A stretch of DNA of 64,000 nt from Vicugna vicugna (taxonomy: Eukaryota), in the NCBI GenBank assembly GCA_013265495.1, contig MU057947.1, positions 196,048 to 260,047 of the forward strand, read 5' to 3'. Below the pieces are notes generated by a model. The model worked only from the letters and a program-made list of their open reading frames with translations. It was not told the origin of the DNA and ran no database searches. Shown here piece by piece: positions 37,720-48,703 of the stretch; positions within the stretch are counted from its first letter, which is position 1; each line of letters starts with the position of its first letter. Made by a program: the position numbers and the translations under genes.

Positions 37720-38520
37720 CTTTGCATCTTGATGTCTAAGATTAAAATATCTTAAGCTTTCTAAATATTCTCTGTTACCTTGTGCTGTTATTTGAAGTGA
37801 TGTAAACACATCTATCCTATGGACAATTACAAGCTCTCTAAAAATAGTCCCTTTTAAGTATATTGGATTTTTAAAACCTGCTAATCCCCATTATTAAAAA
37901 AATTGCTAATCTAATTCAAATTGGTAATAACAATATGGAGGAAGTGCATCTAAATGACAATAATGTGCTTTGAAGAGTTTAGTCCAGTTTTGGTCACGTA
38001 CTACAACACCCTCATCAAGACGTGTGGTAACACACTGGGTGCGCCTGATGCCAGGAATCCATTCCTGAAATGAGTTCAGACATAACTGCAGCTTTTGACA
38101 TCTTCCACGTTAGCATCCTTCTAAATCATCTTGAAAAATATGTTGGTCTTTCAGGTTCGGTTATTTGGTTGCTTAAATCTTATTATAACCATCAACAACA
38201 GTTTGTTAATATAATTTCTCCCCATTCCTCCTCTTACACTGTCATCTGGAGTCATCTGTTACGCTGTCATCGTGAATCCCAAAGGGAACTGGTCTTGCTT
38301 CCATCCTTTATCTAAGCGCTACCTTTAGGAACTACAATGCCGTATCTGTGAAAACATGGATTCTCTTATCGTATTTCCCTGACAATCGACCTACTTACTT
38401 TTCTATTCCCAGCACTTGCGCCCTCGACTGGCACACTCATCCGTTATGTAGACAAAACTAACTCTGCGTTTTGTTGTCTTGGAACTTTTTGATGTTAAAA
38501 CCAAGAATCATTTGGTGTAA
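37720..38520 (+). mobile_element. Ancient L2-clade LINE reverse-transcriptase fossil (frameshifted, non-coding)
   Basis: Collinear RT motifs: FKT..PLLKK (37870-37902), HLNDNNVL/FEEF.SSF (37947-37992), TLIK, DITAAFD..HVSILLNHLEKYVGLSGSVIWLLKSY..HQQQFV (38079 onward), LPLG (38319), KHGFSY, YFPDN at the YADD position (38372-38386) and LSWNFLML (38474). Confidence 0.8.
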
Positions 38521-40800
38521 TCTCTCCCTTTTACCTAAAAAAAAAAAAATGACATTATTGTTATGTTTCGTGAAGATTTCAGATTTTCTGATCAATTTAG
38601 TGCGGCTGCATCGAGGACTTTCTCCTATAGATGAAATCACTGGTTGTTGGAATCAGAATCGGACCCTGGACACCCCCACATTCACCAGCAGGGCATTCCG
38701 TTCCCTTCCGCCTCTCTGGCTGGGAGCCTGGAGAAGAATGCAAGTCGGCTTCTTACCATTGAGACAAAAGGACCGGGGAAGGACAGGAGGAAAGAATGCT
38801 TTGTGCCTACTTTCCTGGATCAGGTCGTGCTCTTGGTGTTTTAAATACGTCACTATTCTATTCTTCTGATGTCAAACGGAGCCTAGCTCGCAACCCCGAT
38901 GGAGCCTGCGTCCATCTTTAACCCTGTCTTGAAAGGACTGTATTCCCATAAACAAGCACATGATGAGTTCTCAACAAAGTATTTCTTAAATAAATGATTT
39001 ATTTCTATGAAGATACTTACAAGGTGATTTAAAAATGCACTAAAATCACAGCACTGCTACTGAAAGTTAAGACTGATTAAGAGCTTGATGGCAGAATCTA
39101 GGCCAAATTTCCTCAAAATGTGATGCAAATGGAGCACTATTTTAAAATACACACAGTCAAAACCACCGGTTCCAGGCGGTGCCTCAAGACCAGCTCGGTC
39201 TGTGGTTCAAGGCAAACCAGCAGCACCAGGGAGGGAAGCTGCGGGGCCCGCCCGCAAGCCCCGCCAGAAGCCAGGCCGCTCTCCAACCGAAAATAAAAGA
39301 CAGGCATTCCCAGAAAATGGCAGGACAGGGAGCGTGGGACCTGGGGGAACCCACGTTATCTTGGTGCAGGAAACGTGCGAGCAGGAGCAGCAATCAGACT
39401 GGGGGGGGGGGGTTGGCCCAGGCCCCGTGCCCGCCTCACACAGCAGGCAAGGAGGCGGTGGCGGCAGCCCAGGTCGGGATGCACGGGGGCCACCGAACTG
39501 GACCCCGGGGCGGCCTCCTCCCTGCACCAGGGGAGAAAGTTACCTGTCTCTGCTCACTTCTCAAGGCAGCTAAAACACTGAGGTTGGGAGCCCTTTTTTC
39601 TTTTGTTTTATCTTCTTTTTTCAAGAATGAATAAAAAGGAAAACTACAGCGTGAGGCGACTTCAAAGGGACAACACAATGAGAAAACACGAACGCTGTTC
39701 TCAGCTCCGAGAAAGAACATGCCGACGTGAACTGATACAAACATCAGAAGTACATTCCTGGAACTATTTAGCATACTCAGAGAGCGCAGACACGACCTTC
39801 AGTGAGGAAGGACAACGGGAAATCAAAAGGAGAGGAGACTAGAAAACAAGAAGATGAAAGAAAGAGATGAAGAGAGAGAGAGAAATCCGTAAAGAAAGGG
39901 AGACAAAAAAGATGAAAAATGCAACAACAGGATTCAAATCCATGCTGCGGACGGTGAACAACAGGAAATGGAGCATCACTGTGGCACGGACTCCAGAGTC
40001 TCTTCAATAGGGAGGAAAAGGACAAAGAAATGAAAACAATTTTTTAAAAGGACATGAGACAGGAGAATAGAAACAGAGTCCAAACACACACGTGCAGCCA
40101 CACACACACGCACACAATCACACCCCACCTGGTAGTCCAGAAGAGGCCACCTGCCCCCCGCCCCTCCCAGCCTGCCAAGAACAGAAGCAATTAACAACCG
40201 TGTCACTTCCTAGAAGTAAAACAAACAACAGGACAAAAAGGATCTGGAATTGCTGATTGAGAACGTTCACAGCCTTTCATGCACCACCATAGATGAAAGG
40301 CATATTTCTATATTCTCTAGCAAGTGATGAAGAAGTATAAGGAAGAGGAAAAAAGAACATCCTGCCGTTAGCGAGATAACCCAGAGTTTACCTGCACAGG
40401 AGAACAGGGAGACAGCCTCAGACCCACCCTTTGGAACCCGAAACGCCAGTCTAAGGAGCAGCACCGACAGATGTCAGAGGAGGGGAAAGCTGGGACCTCA
40501 AATGCGGCCCAGGCAGGTTATTTTCCTCTGCGAAATGACTCTGAGAGCAATTTGTAGCCCAACAGCTCAATTATTAAACAGTAATTAATAAAAACTGATG
40601 ACATTGACTTAGAAGCCAGAATAAACAGGAGCCAGGTATCTAGTATGCTAAATAAACCATATCTCAATGAATTAGAACACATAAAAATGTACATGGTAAA
40701 TCCAAAATCTAGTTCTCTGTTAAGACAATTTTTTTATTGTAACTCATCTGAAATTTAATTTAAAATGATATGAGATGGGTAGGCCAGGCTGGCCAGAGTG

Positions 40801-40838
40801 AATGGATGGATGGATGGATGGATGGATGGATGGATGAA
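40801..40838. repeat. (TGGA)n microsatellite, probably an L2 tail
   Basis: Directly visible in the sequence. Confidence 0.9.
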
Positions 40839-40889
40839 TCAGTGAATCAATGTATCAATGTTTCACTACATTTCAAGATAGTATAAGTA

Positions 40890-43830
40890 CAGCAGCGAGG
40901 TTGGAAAAGCTTTCCCAGCTAAGACCACAAACCCAGATGCAATCAAGGAAAGAGGGGATAAATTTTACCTTGAAATGTTTTTTAAAAGAGAATGCCCTAT
41001 GATACCACGAACAAACTAAAACTCCAGATGGTTGTCCTTTTCAACCACTCATGTGATAGGCAAATATCAACATCCCTGAGATACTAAAATTTTCCACAGG
41101 ATGGTAAGTAGAAGAGTGAAGAACAAATAGAGAAATGGACACAAATCTGGGTCAACAATTAACACAAGAGAAAATTCAAGTACCTAGTAAGTGTGTGGTC
41201 AAGGTCATGTAAGTTGGAGCCATGAAGCAATCCTATTCCTTGCTCCCCACACCAGCACAGACCATGAACATCTGGTATAGATTTGGCAAAGATTTGGAAA
41301 AGGACATTCTCCTACAACACAAATGGGGGAATGAATCATTACAAACTTTCAGAAAATAATTTAGCATTATCTATAAAATACTAAACTCACATTTCCTTTT
41401 AACCAGGCATTTTTACTTCTGGAAATCTGCCCTGTAAAATAAACATTCCAGCATGCATATTCATCTATATAACAGTGTGGCTTCGTTTGAAAGAAGGAAA
41501 AAACTGGAAACAACCTGATGCTCAGCAGTAGAGCCATGCTTAAGTAAACTCTCCTACATAACAAAGCACAATGGAATAGTAAATGATTCTTTTAAAGAAT
41601 GTGTTTTGCATTATTTATTAGCCCAGGGGATATTCATGATACATCATTAGCTTACAAACAGAAAGTTACAGCATAATCTCATCTTTATAAGGAAAAACAA
41701 AATCAAAGTCAGGATGGATAATGTATGTTACGGACAGGGGAGATGCACAAACGGAGAGAGGCCAGGATGCAGACCACACCACCACGACATGCTGTTGACT
41801 CCCTGAGGGGGCGGGGACTGAGGGCTGGTGCGGGAGCAGGCAAAACTAGTAACTCTTCCTTCTGATAATTTAGATTTCTCACTTTTTCTAATTTAATAAC
41901 AAAAGTTCAAACATAAAGCACTAATGAAATAGAGAAAATGCAAATACATCGCTTTTGGAAGGAGAAAGGAGATAACCACACATAGGGCTCTGCAAGAATA
42001 GTAAGAGATCATTCTGCACAGAAACCTATGAAAATAGCTTTAAAAATCTAAATGAAATGCAAAATACACACCTTTCAGAAATAACCAAATGGCACATACT
42101 CCAGGAAGGCAAGGGTGTTCTAATTCTAGAAAACCTAGTAATATAATTAATCCCATCAACAGATCAAAAGAGAAATTAACGTATTTATTTCAATAAATGA
42201 CTTTAAAATACTTGGATGAAACAGAAATAAAGGAATATTTCCTTGGCAAGAGAAAAATGCACATTAACATACTTTGTGATTAAATCATACAGAAATATTT
42301 TTAAAAGTCAGAAACACTGATGCTTCTCTAGTCAATTCAGTAAGTCCAGAAGAAAAACAGTAATCAGTTTGGGAATCGATGAGACAAAGATACTATGCAT
42401 GGGTTGGGTGCATTAGAAGAGAAAGGAACAAGTGGAAATACTGTTACAAATAACTAGGTAAGTCGAGACGGTGAGATAGAAATAAGTATAGAAAATTAAT
42501 ATTGTTTGCCATAGAGGAGCAACAAAAGGATAGAAAATATAATAAAGAGGAGTGTATTCACAACTGAAACAAAAAATATAGAATACCAAAGAATGATTTT
42601 AATAAAAATGTGTAAAGTCAACTGCAAAACCTATTGATGGTCAAACAAGGAGACTTGAATCAAGAGTCTTATCATGTTCATTTAAATAGAAAAATTAATA
42701 ACATAAATATGACAATAGGTGCAAACTGATTTATAAATTTAATTTAATTCCATTTGTACTCCAAATGGGATTTTTTTTCTCTCATAAATGGTTCTAAAAT
42801 TCATCTAGGAAATAAATAAGGAAGAACAATCATAAAATATTGGGGATAGACTGAAAGGAATTTGATCAAATGAACTCCACAGCTACCATAGTTAAAACAG
42901 TTTGGCACTGGCAAGAGATCAGACCAGTCGATGGGTAAAAATTAAAACCTCCCCACGTGTTACAGCAATTCAATGTGACGAAGGTGGTATTTCAAAGCAG
43001 AGGATAAAGTCTTCCTCAAGGCAAAACTTAAGTTTAAGTGACTAGTTAGAAAAATTAAGTCAAATCCTCCTTTTCAGAAAGCATTAACTCCCGATGGATT
43101 TTTTTTAAGTAAAATAAAAGAATAAACCAAGAGGAAAATACAGAAAATATCTGAACTTGGGGGAGGAAAGATGGTGTTAACAAACACAAAAGGAAAAGAA
43201 CTGTGATAGTTTTAAACACATACATTTTATATACCAGAGATTAAAAGAATAATAAACAAAGGGAAACCACTCGAAAGATACATGATAAGAGTATATCATT
43301 CATCTGTAAAAGACTCTGACAAATAAATAATAATATAGAAAAATAAACACCCCACTAGATAAATAGAGCAAGGCTGGAATCCAACAGTTGACAAGGGAAG
43401 AATGCCAGACAGCCAGTGAGGTGTGGTTATAAAAAGTTCTACCTCTTGTAATCAAAGAAATGTAAATTAAAAGGACCACAAAGCATCATTTCTGTGACAT
43501 CAGATCTACAAAAATTAAAGAACACAAAATGCGCGGCGTGGGTGAGAACCAGAAGCAGTGAGGACTTCCGTGCACGAGTTATGAGTGTTACTTTATATGC
43601 AATCTTTCTGAAATGCAGTTTTATAAAATGTTTTAAATCGGGCACAACCTCTGACCAGGGAGTTCCACTTCTAAGAGCTCTTCCTCAGGGAACTTGCAAA
43701 GGCGGCTGCAAACAATTACATGCCTACTGTTCACCACGATGACATTTCTAATGGCAGAATGTTTAAGTGACCTAAATGTCCAACTGGGGCTGGTTAAATG
43801 AATTTTGTCTCTTCTCTCTGATAGACTAGC
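40890..43830 (+). mobile_element. Old L1 (L1ME-like) ORF2 and 3' fragments, two tandem pieces
   Basis: A-rich, with 'caggcatttttacttctggaaatctgccct', 'aaaaactggaaacaacctga', 'tctaaaattcatctagg', 'ttggcactggcaagag' and 'gtaatcaaagaaatgtaaattaaaa'. Confidence 0.85.
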
Positions 43831-45257
43831 AGCTACTCTGTTTTATAAGTTTATAGTAAGAAAATTTATGCCCCTGGGGAAATAGTCACAATCTACTGTC
43901 AGGTGTGAATCGCAGGCTACAAAGCAGAGCAAGAAACGTAATTCCCAGCTGCTGAAGTAACGACCGAGCCCACGCACTGAAGAGAGGACGCAGATCTAGA
44001 CTGCATCTTCCCGTCGACTCGCAGAAGTTTCCAAATGAACATGCTTTCCTTTTATAGACAGAAAACAAAAAGCATCTCATTCTGGGGGACGATTTTCTGT
44101 TACCAAGTTTCCAAGTATTCCTGACCTAAACAGAATCCTGGGAAATGGGAGCAAGTTGGAAGCTTGTCATCAAAGAAAAGAAAGAGAATGACATTGAGTT
44201 TGTCAAAGCAGCATTTCCTCCCCGAACTTCCCTGCGAGGCAGCGAAGCGCCTACTTCGCCAGGACTCAGGTGATGGACAAGCTGCTTACGGATGGTGCGT
44301 GTCGGTAATAAGGAGTGTCATCACTTTCTCAGCCCTTAAAAACTCTGACAAGCAAGCACGCCACATTTGCAGCAGGATAAAAGAAAACATACAGGATCCA
44401 GGAAAAACAGTATTTATTCCACAGGTTTGGGGTGCCAGCCATGTGCCAGGCTGCAGGGTGGCCACTGCCAGGAGATCGATGAGATGACGTCTCCACTTTC
44501 AAGGTGCTTATGACCCCCTTGGGGAAGGAAGTAAAGAGGAAGAAAGGAAAAATGCGAAGCGTGTTTCCCAGTATAGGCTATCTTATTGCACGGCACTGTG
44601 ATGGGCTCACTGGAGGAACGCCACGAAAGGGAAAGAGGGGCTCCCGGCCCGTCCTCTCCTCTCCTGCTCCAGCCTCCTGAAGGTGCCAGGCGGCAGAGTT
44701 TCTCCAGATGGCACCGAGATGGCCATTTGTCAAACCCACATTCGCCCCACGTGTGGACCCTGCGGGGCTGCCCTGCGCCGCGCCCCGCGTCCTGACCCTT
44801 CCCACGCCCTCCCAGCCCTCCACCACTCACTTTCCCAGCCTGGATGCCATGCCCCACCCTGGGCACCTCTCCCTCTGCTCCCGTGGCCAGGAACTATGTG
44901 TCCAGAAGACCCTTTACCCTCCCGAGCCCCGATAACCAAAATCAAACCCAAACAGTATTCGGACGTAAAACTGTGAATAGGTTACGAAAGTCAGGGGACT
45001 GCCAGTTACAGAAATGAAGGAAGGGGGATCCTGAGGTGAGGCTGGAACGGATGAGTGAGTGAACGGCTTAATCTAATTGTCATAATTACGAATGTTTAAT
45101 AACTTACATAACATAGAGTTGCAGGGTATTTAAAGCAACTTTTAACACCAAATATCACATGAAAAAGAACATTTAAATTAAATATTCAAAGCAGACATTA
45201 GAAGCTCAGTGAGAGGGAGACGCCATTACACCAGGCAGGTGGGGTCAGAACCTCCAA

Positions 45258-45955
45258 CCTGTCACAGACATCGTTCTGTTCACAAACACTCCTGCTCGCT
45301 CCCCTTCCAGCCACAGGTCTTCTCTCCCTTGAAGTTTTGTGTGGCCCATATGTGACCTGCTTTGGCCAATGAGGTATCAGCAGAAGTGAGGTGTCACTTC
45401 CAGCAAATCTGTACAAATGAACTTAACCTACAAAATAGAAACAGACTCAGACATAGTGAACAACCTTACGGTTACCGGGGTGGAAAGTGGAAAGAAGGGA
45501 TAAATTGGGAGTTCAGGATTTGCAAATATTAACTACTGTATAAAAAACAGAAAAAACCCAAATTTTTCTGTATAGCACAGGGAACTATATTCAATACATT
45601 GCAGTAAACTAAAAATAAAAGAATATGAAAATGAATATATGTATGTTTGTGTATGACTGAAACATTATGCTGTACACCAGAAATTGACACATTGTAACTA
45701 ACTATACTTCGATAAATAAAATAATAATAATAAAAATTTAAATTAAAAAGAAAAGTGAGTGCATGCTTCACCACGTTCTCTCTCCCTCTCCCACAAGAGG
45801 CAACGGTGTTCTGATCGGAGCTGCATGTCAGCCGGGGTTCTGGCCAGCCTCCCATAGGCTTGTAACATGATCAGAAAACACACCTTAGCTGTTTCAGGTC
45901 TCTGAGATTCGGGGGCTCTTTGTTACTGCAGCACAGCCTAACCTATCGTAACTGT
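45258..45955 (+). mobile_element. MLT1 LTR split by a younger L1 insertion
   Basis: 5' half 'tgtgacctgctttggccaatgag...cagaagtgaggtgtcacttcc'; 3' half 'ctctgagattcggggg..tttgttactgcagcacagcctaacctatc'. Confidence 0.8.
45413..45750 (+). mobile_element. Camelid-type L1 3' end with A-rich tail
   Basis: 'acaaatgaacttaacctacaaaatagaaacagactcagacatag...tatagcacagggaactatattcaata...gctgtacaccagaaattgacacattgtaact'. Confidence 0.92.
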
Positions 45956-48554
45956 CCTAGAGGAATCAATTTAACTGTACGGCTCCAGCTGTCAAGGAGG
46001 ACAGCAGAATAGTATGTACCAATTTGATTCTCTTTCCTGAGGAAAGAAAATGCACGAAGAAATCACCGAGGACCACAGCTCAGTAGAGCCCAGGGTTTAC
46101 CGCCCATTTCCCAGATTCCCTGCCCCGGAACTAGAGCTCTCTTATTTGCCTGGCACAGTCTCTGGTTTGCTCACTTCCTGGAGCTACGAAGTGAGGACCA
46201 CTCAAGTCCTGGCAGATGGCAGGGAAGTCCAGAGCATCTCCATCAGATCACTTTTGCAGGACAGAATTTCAGGGAAAAAAAAATCAAATTAAAACACTCA
46301 TCCAATTAGTAAAATATATGGGTAGAAATGAACCATTTTTGGATTTTTCTGACTTCTGCGATCCCTTCGGAATTCAATTCATCATCTTTGCCAATGTCAA
46401 ATCTACCAACTCAGACCCCTGTGCCTAAGTTAATAATATTTCAACTGGAGAATTTGGGAGAATTGTGAAATTCATAAAAGAGATATTTGAAATTCTTCAT
46501 AATTATGCCTAGTATTTCTAGATTTATTAGAACCACTTCTATTTGGGGAAGAGAAAATGTCATCTTTAACAGATAAGTTAATTAGTCAATAGCCTGTGCA
46601 TGCGCCAGGGAGTCAGGAAGTTTAGCCCAATGTCTCCTCCCAAAGTCGCAAGGTACCAAACGTGACCACGGCCTTCTCCCCCAGCCCAGGCCTGCAACAG
46701 TGACTCAGTGACCAGGAAATGTCTTCCAAGAAAACACCTTTTGAAGAAATACAGGTACTCCATGGATTATCTGTTTAAGGTAAGGCTAGCTGCTTCTGGG
46801 CTGATGGATTCTTCAAGTGACAAAGGCAGGAGGCTCTCCTGACAGCGGGGAAGGGCAGATCTTAAAGCCTCCATCCAGAGCCTGGTACCCTTCCAAGCAC
46901 TGGGCCCAGGGATTTACCGAGACAAAGGGCTCCCCTCTGCAGTGACTGTTTCATCTGCTTTATGAATGAATTACAGACAGTCAGGAAGGGCAGATATCAA
47001 AGTGCATCTCCCTATAGAAAGCTATTAATAATCATCTTTATTAAGCTTCTATTTGATGTTGTATTTTCCCATCTTCAAAATTTTATCAGACCCGCTTTAA
47101 GAATTAAAATCCTTTCACATTGGCGATTGTGGGATTTTATTTTAATTTTCAGTTTTTGCCTCTTTTCTTTACATGGAGTGCTGCAGAGAATGAGATATCA
47201 TGCTTTACAGTCATAAATTATCGCTGAAATGGAAGGCGGTGCGCTTCCGAGCCTGTGTAGTGTTGCTTTATTATTTATTTAGAGGTATTGAAATATCTGT
47301 GATAAAATTAAAAATGTAATATATAAATTCATCTTTCTTTGTTTATTCAAAACGTTTTATTGCGCACTTGCTCCAAGGCCGCCACTGCACTAGACTTCAG
47401 AAATACATGTGTATTTTCAGAGGTTTTGTTTCCTTGCCTCACTGTTCCAAACTCTTCCTAACTTCTTACATTTGGAAAGTTCCAAATAATTCCAGAAACT
47501 GCATCCTCTTCTTTCTTTTCTGCTCTACATTTATCCCCAACATCCCCGTTGACACCAGCGTCTTCAGTGGTTAATATTCCTAATTAGTATCTGTTAGCTG
47601 AGAATTGCCCGACCTCCTTAAACCATCCTCTATAAAGTGCATTTATAGGACTAATTTGTTTTTACTTTCATTTAGGTGCACGAATGCAAATGAAATACAT
47701 TAACTAATCAGGCATGAGAATAATTTATAAAGAAAAAGAAACGGGCACATCTTTTCCAACATAAAGTGTGAGGCGTTGCCACAGGAATGGCCCACGTGAG
47801 CCCTGCTGGCTTGTTCAATGAGGGTCCTCTCAAACTCCATCTGTGAACATTTGATCAGTCCTTTCATGGAAAAAAGACATTTCTCCAGGTTCATATTAAT
47901 TTTTGTGCTCATATGCGCATTCACCTAATCCCTGCCCACATACCACTTCAATTAAAATTAACGGAAGTCAAATCCTTGAGTGGTTTTAATTGCAACATGT
48001 AGATTATAAATGGCGCCCATCTTTAACCACACAAAAATTGTTTTTTTCCCTTGGCCTCTCTCTCAGGAATAATATTGAAGCCCGGAGTTAGTTCTCGTGG
48101 AAGGATTTTCATTTATTGTGTCGCGGCTCCAGATGATACCGAGACCTGAGCAGTGGGCAAAAGGCCAATCAAAATTAATGCGAAAGTACAATTAAGGAGT
48201 ATTTTAAAGAAATGCCTTTTCAGTCTATTCAAGGGCATACGGTGATACGCGTTGCCAGAGAGAGGATAATGCCAGGCCTGCTTTAATGAGACAAGCGTAA
48301 TTATATGTCAGCTCTAGAGGTGAAGCAGCAAATGGGTTTTCCTCTTAAGCAGGTTAAACATGGTCCTTACATCTGGTTTACAATAGTCGCAAAATACTCC
48401 CCTCACAGATTCCTTAAAGATACACTTTAAACCAGACTGCGTCTGAATTATCTGTCCTTTAAACTAGCAGAATAGCATTCAACGTTCTCTTATCTCATTT
48501 ACGTGCATACCCCACGTGTGTCCGCATTTCAGCTCGCTAAATGCGTTCAGCCTC

Positions 48555-48703
48555 GGGGGGCGGGTACAGCTTAAGTGGCAGAGCGCATGCTTAGCACACG
48601 TGAGGTCCTCGGTTCAATCCCCAGCACCTCCTCCAAAAATAACCTAATTACCTCCCCCCCACCAAAAAAAACCAATAACAGCAAAAAATAAAATCAAACC
48701 CAT
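48555..48703 (+). mobile_element. Camelid tRNA-derived SINE (vic-1 type) with target-site duplication
   Basis: 'ggggggcgggtacagcttaagtggcagagcgcatgcttagcacacgtgaggtcctcggttcaatccccagcacctcc' carries A and B boxes and an A-rich tail. Flanking 17-bp repeats lie at 48538-48554 and 48704-48720. Confidence 0.9.

Noticed and set aside
38070..38315. 81-aa ORF as a functional RT gene
   Set aside because: It is only one frame-segment of a frameshifted LINE fossil, and the catalytic YADD is degenerate.
40386..40415. Minus-strand pyrimidine tract plus CAG|GTAAAC as a recursive splice site
   Set aside because: The donor is weak, and similar AG|GT motifs occur on both strands (e.g. ~33390 plus, ~61810 minus), consistent with chance.
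44265..44325. Minus-strand box C (GTGATGA) and box D (CTGA) pair as a snoRNA
   Set aside because: No terminal stem and no recognisable rRNA or snRNA antisense element.
48370..48411. 42-nt minus-strand pseudo-exon encoding ESVRGVFCDYCKPD (laminin-EGF-like look)
   Set aside because: Weak splice sites, too short, and no neighbouring compatible exons.
48555..48630. tRNA gene
   Set aside because: The tRNA-like head is followed by a SINE body, an A tail and TSDs, so it is a SINE.
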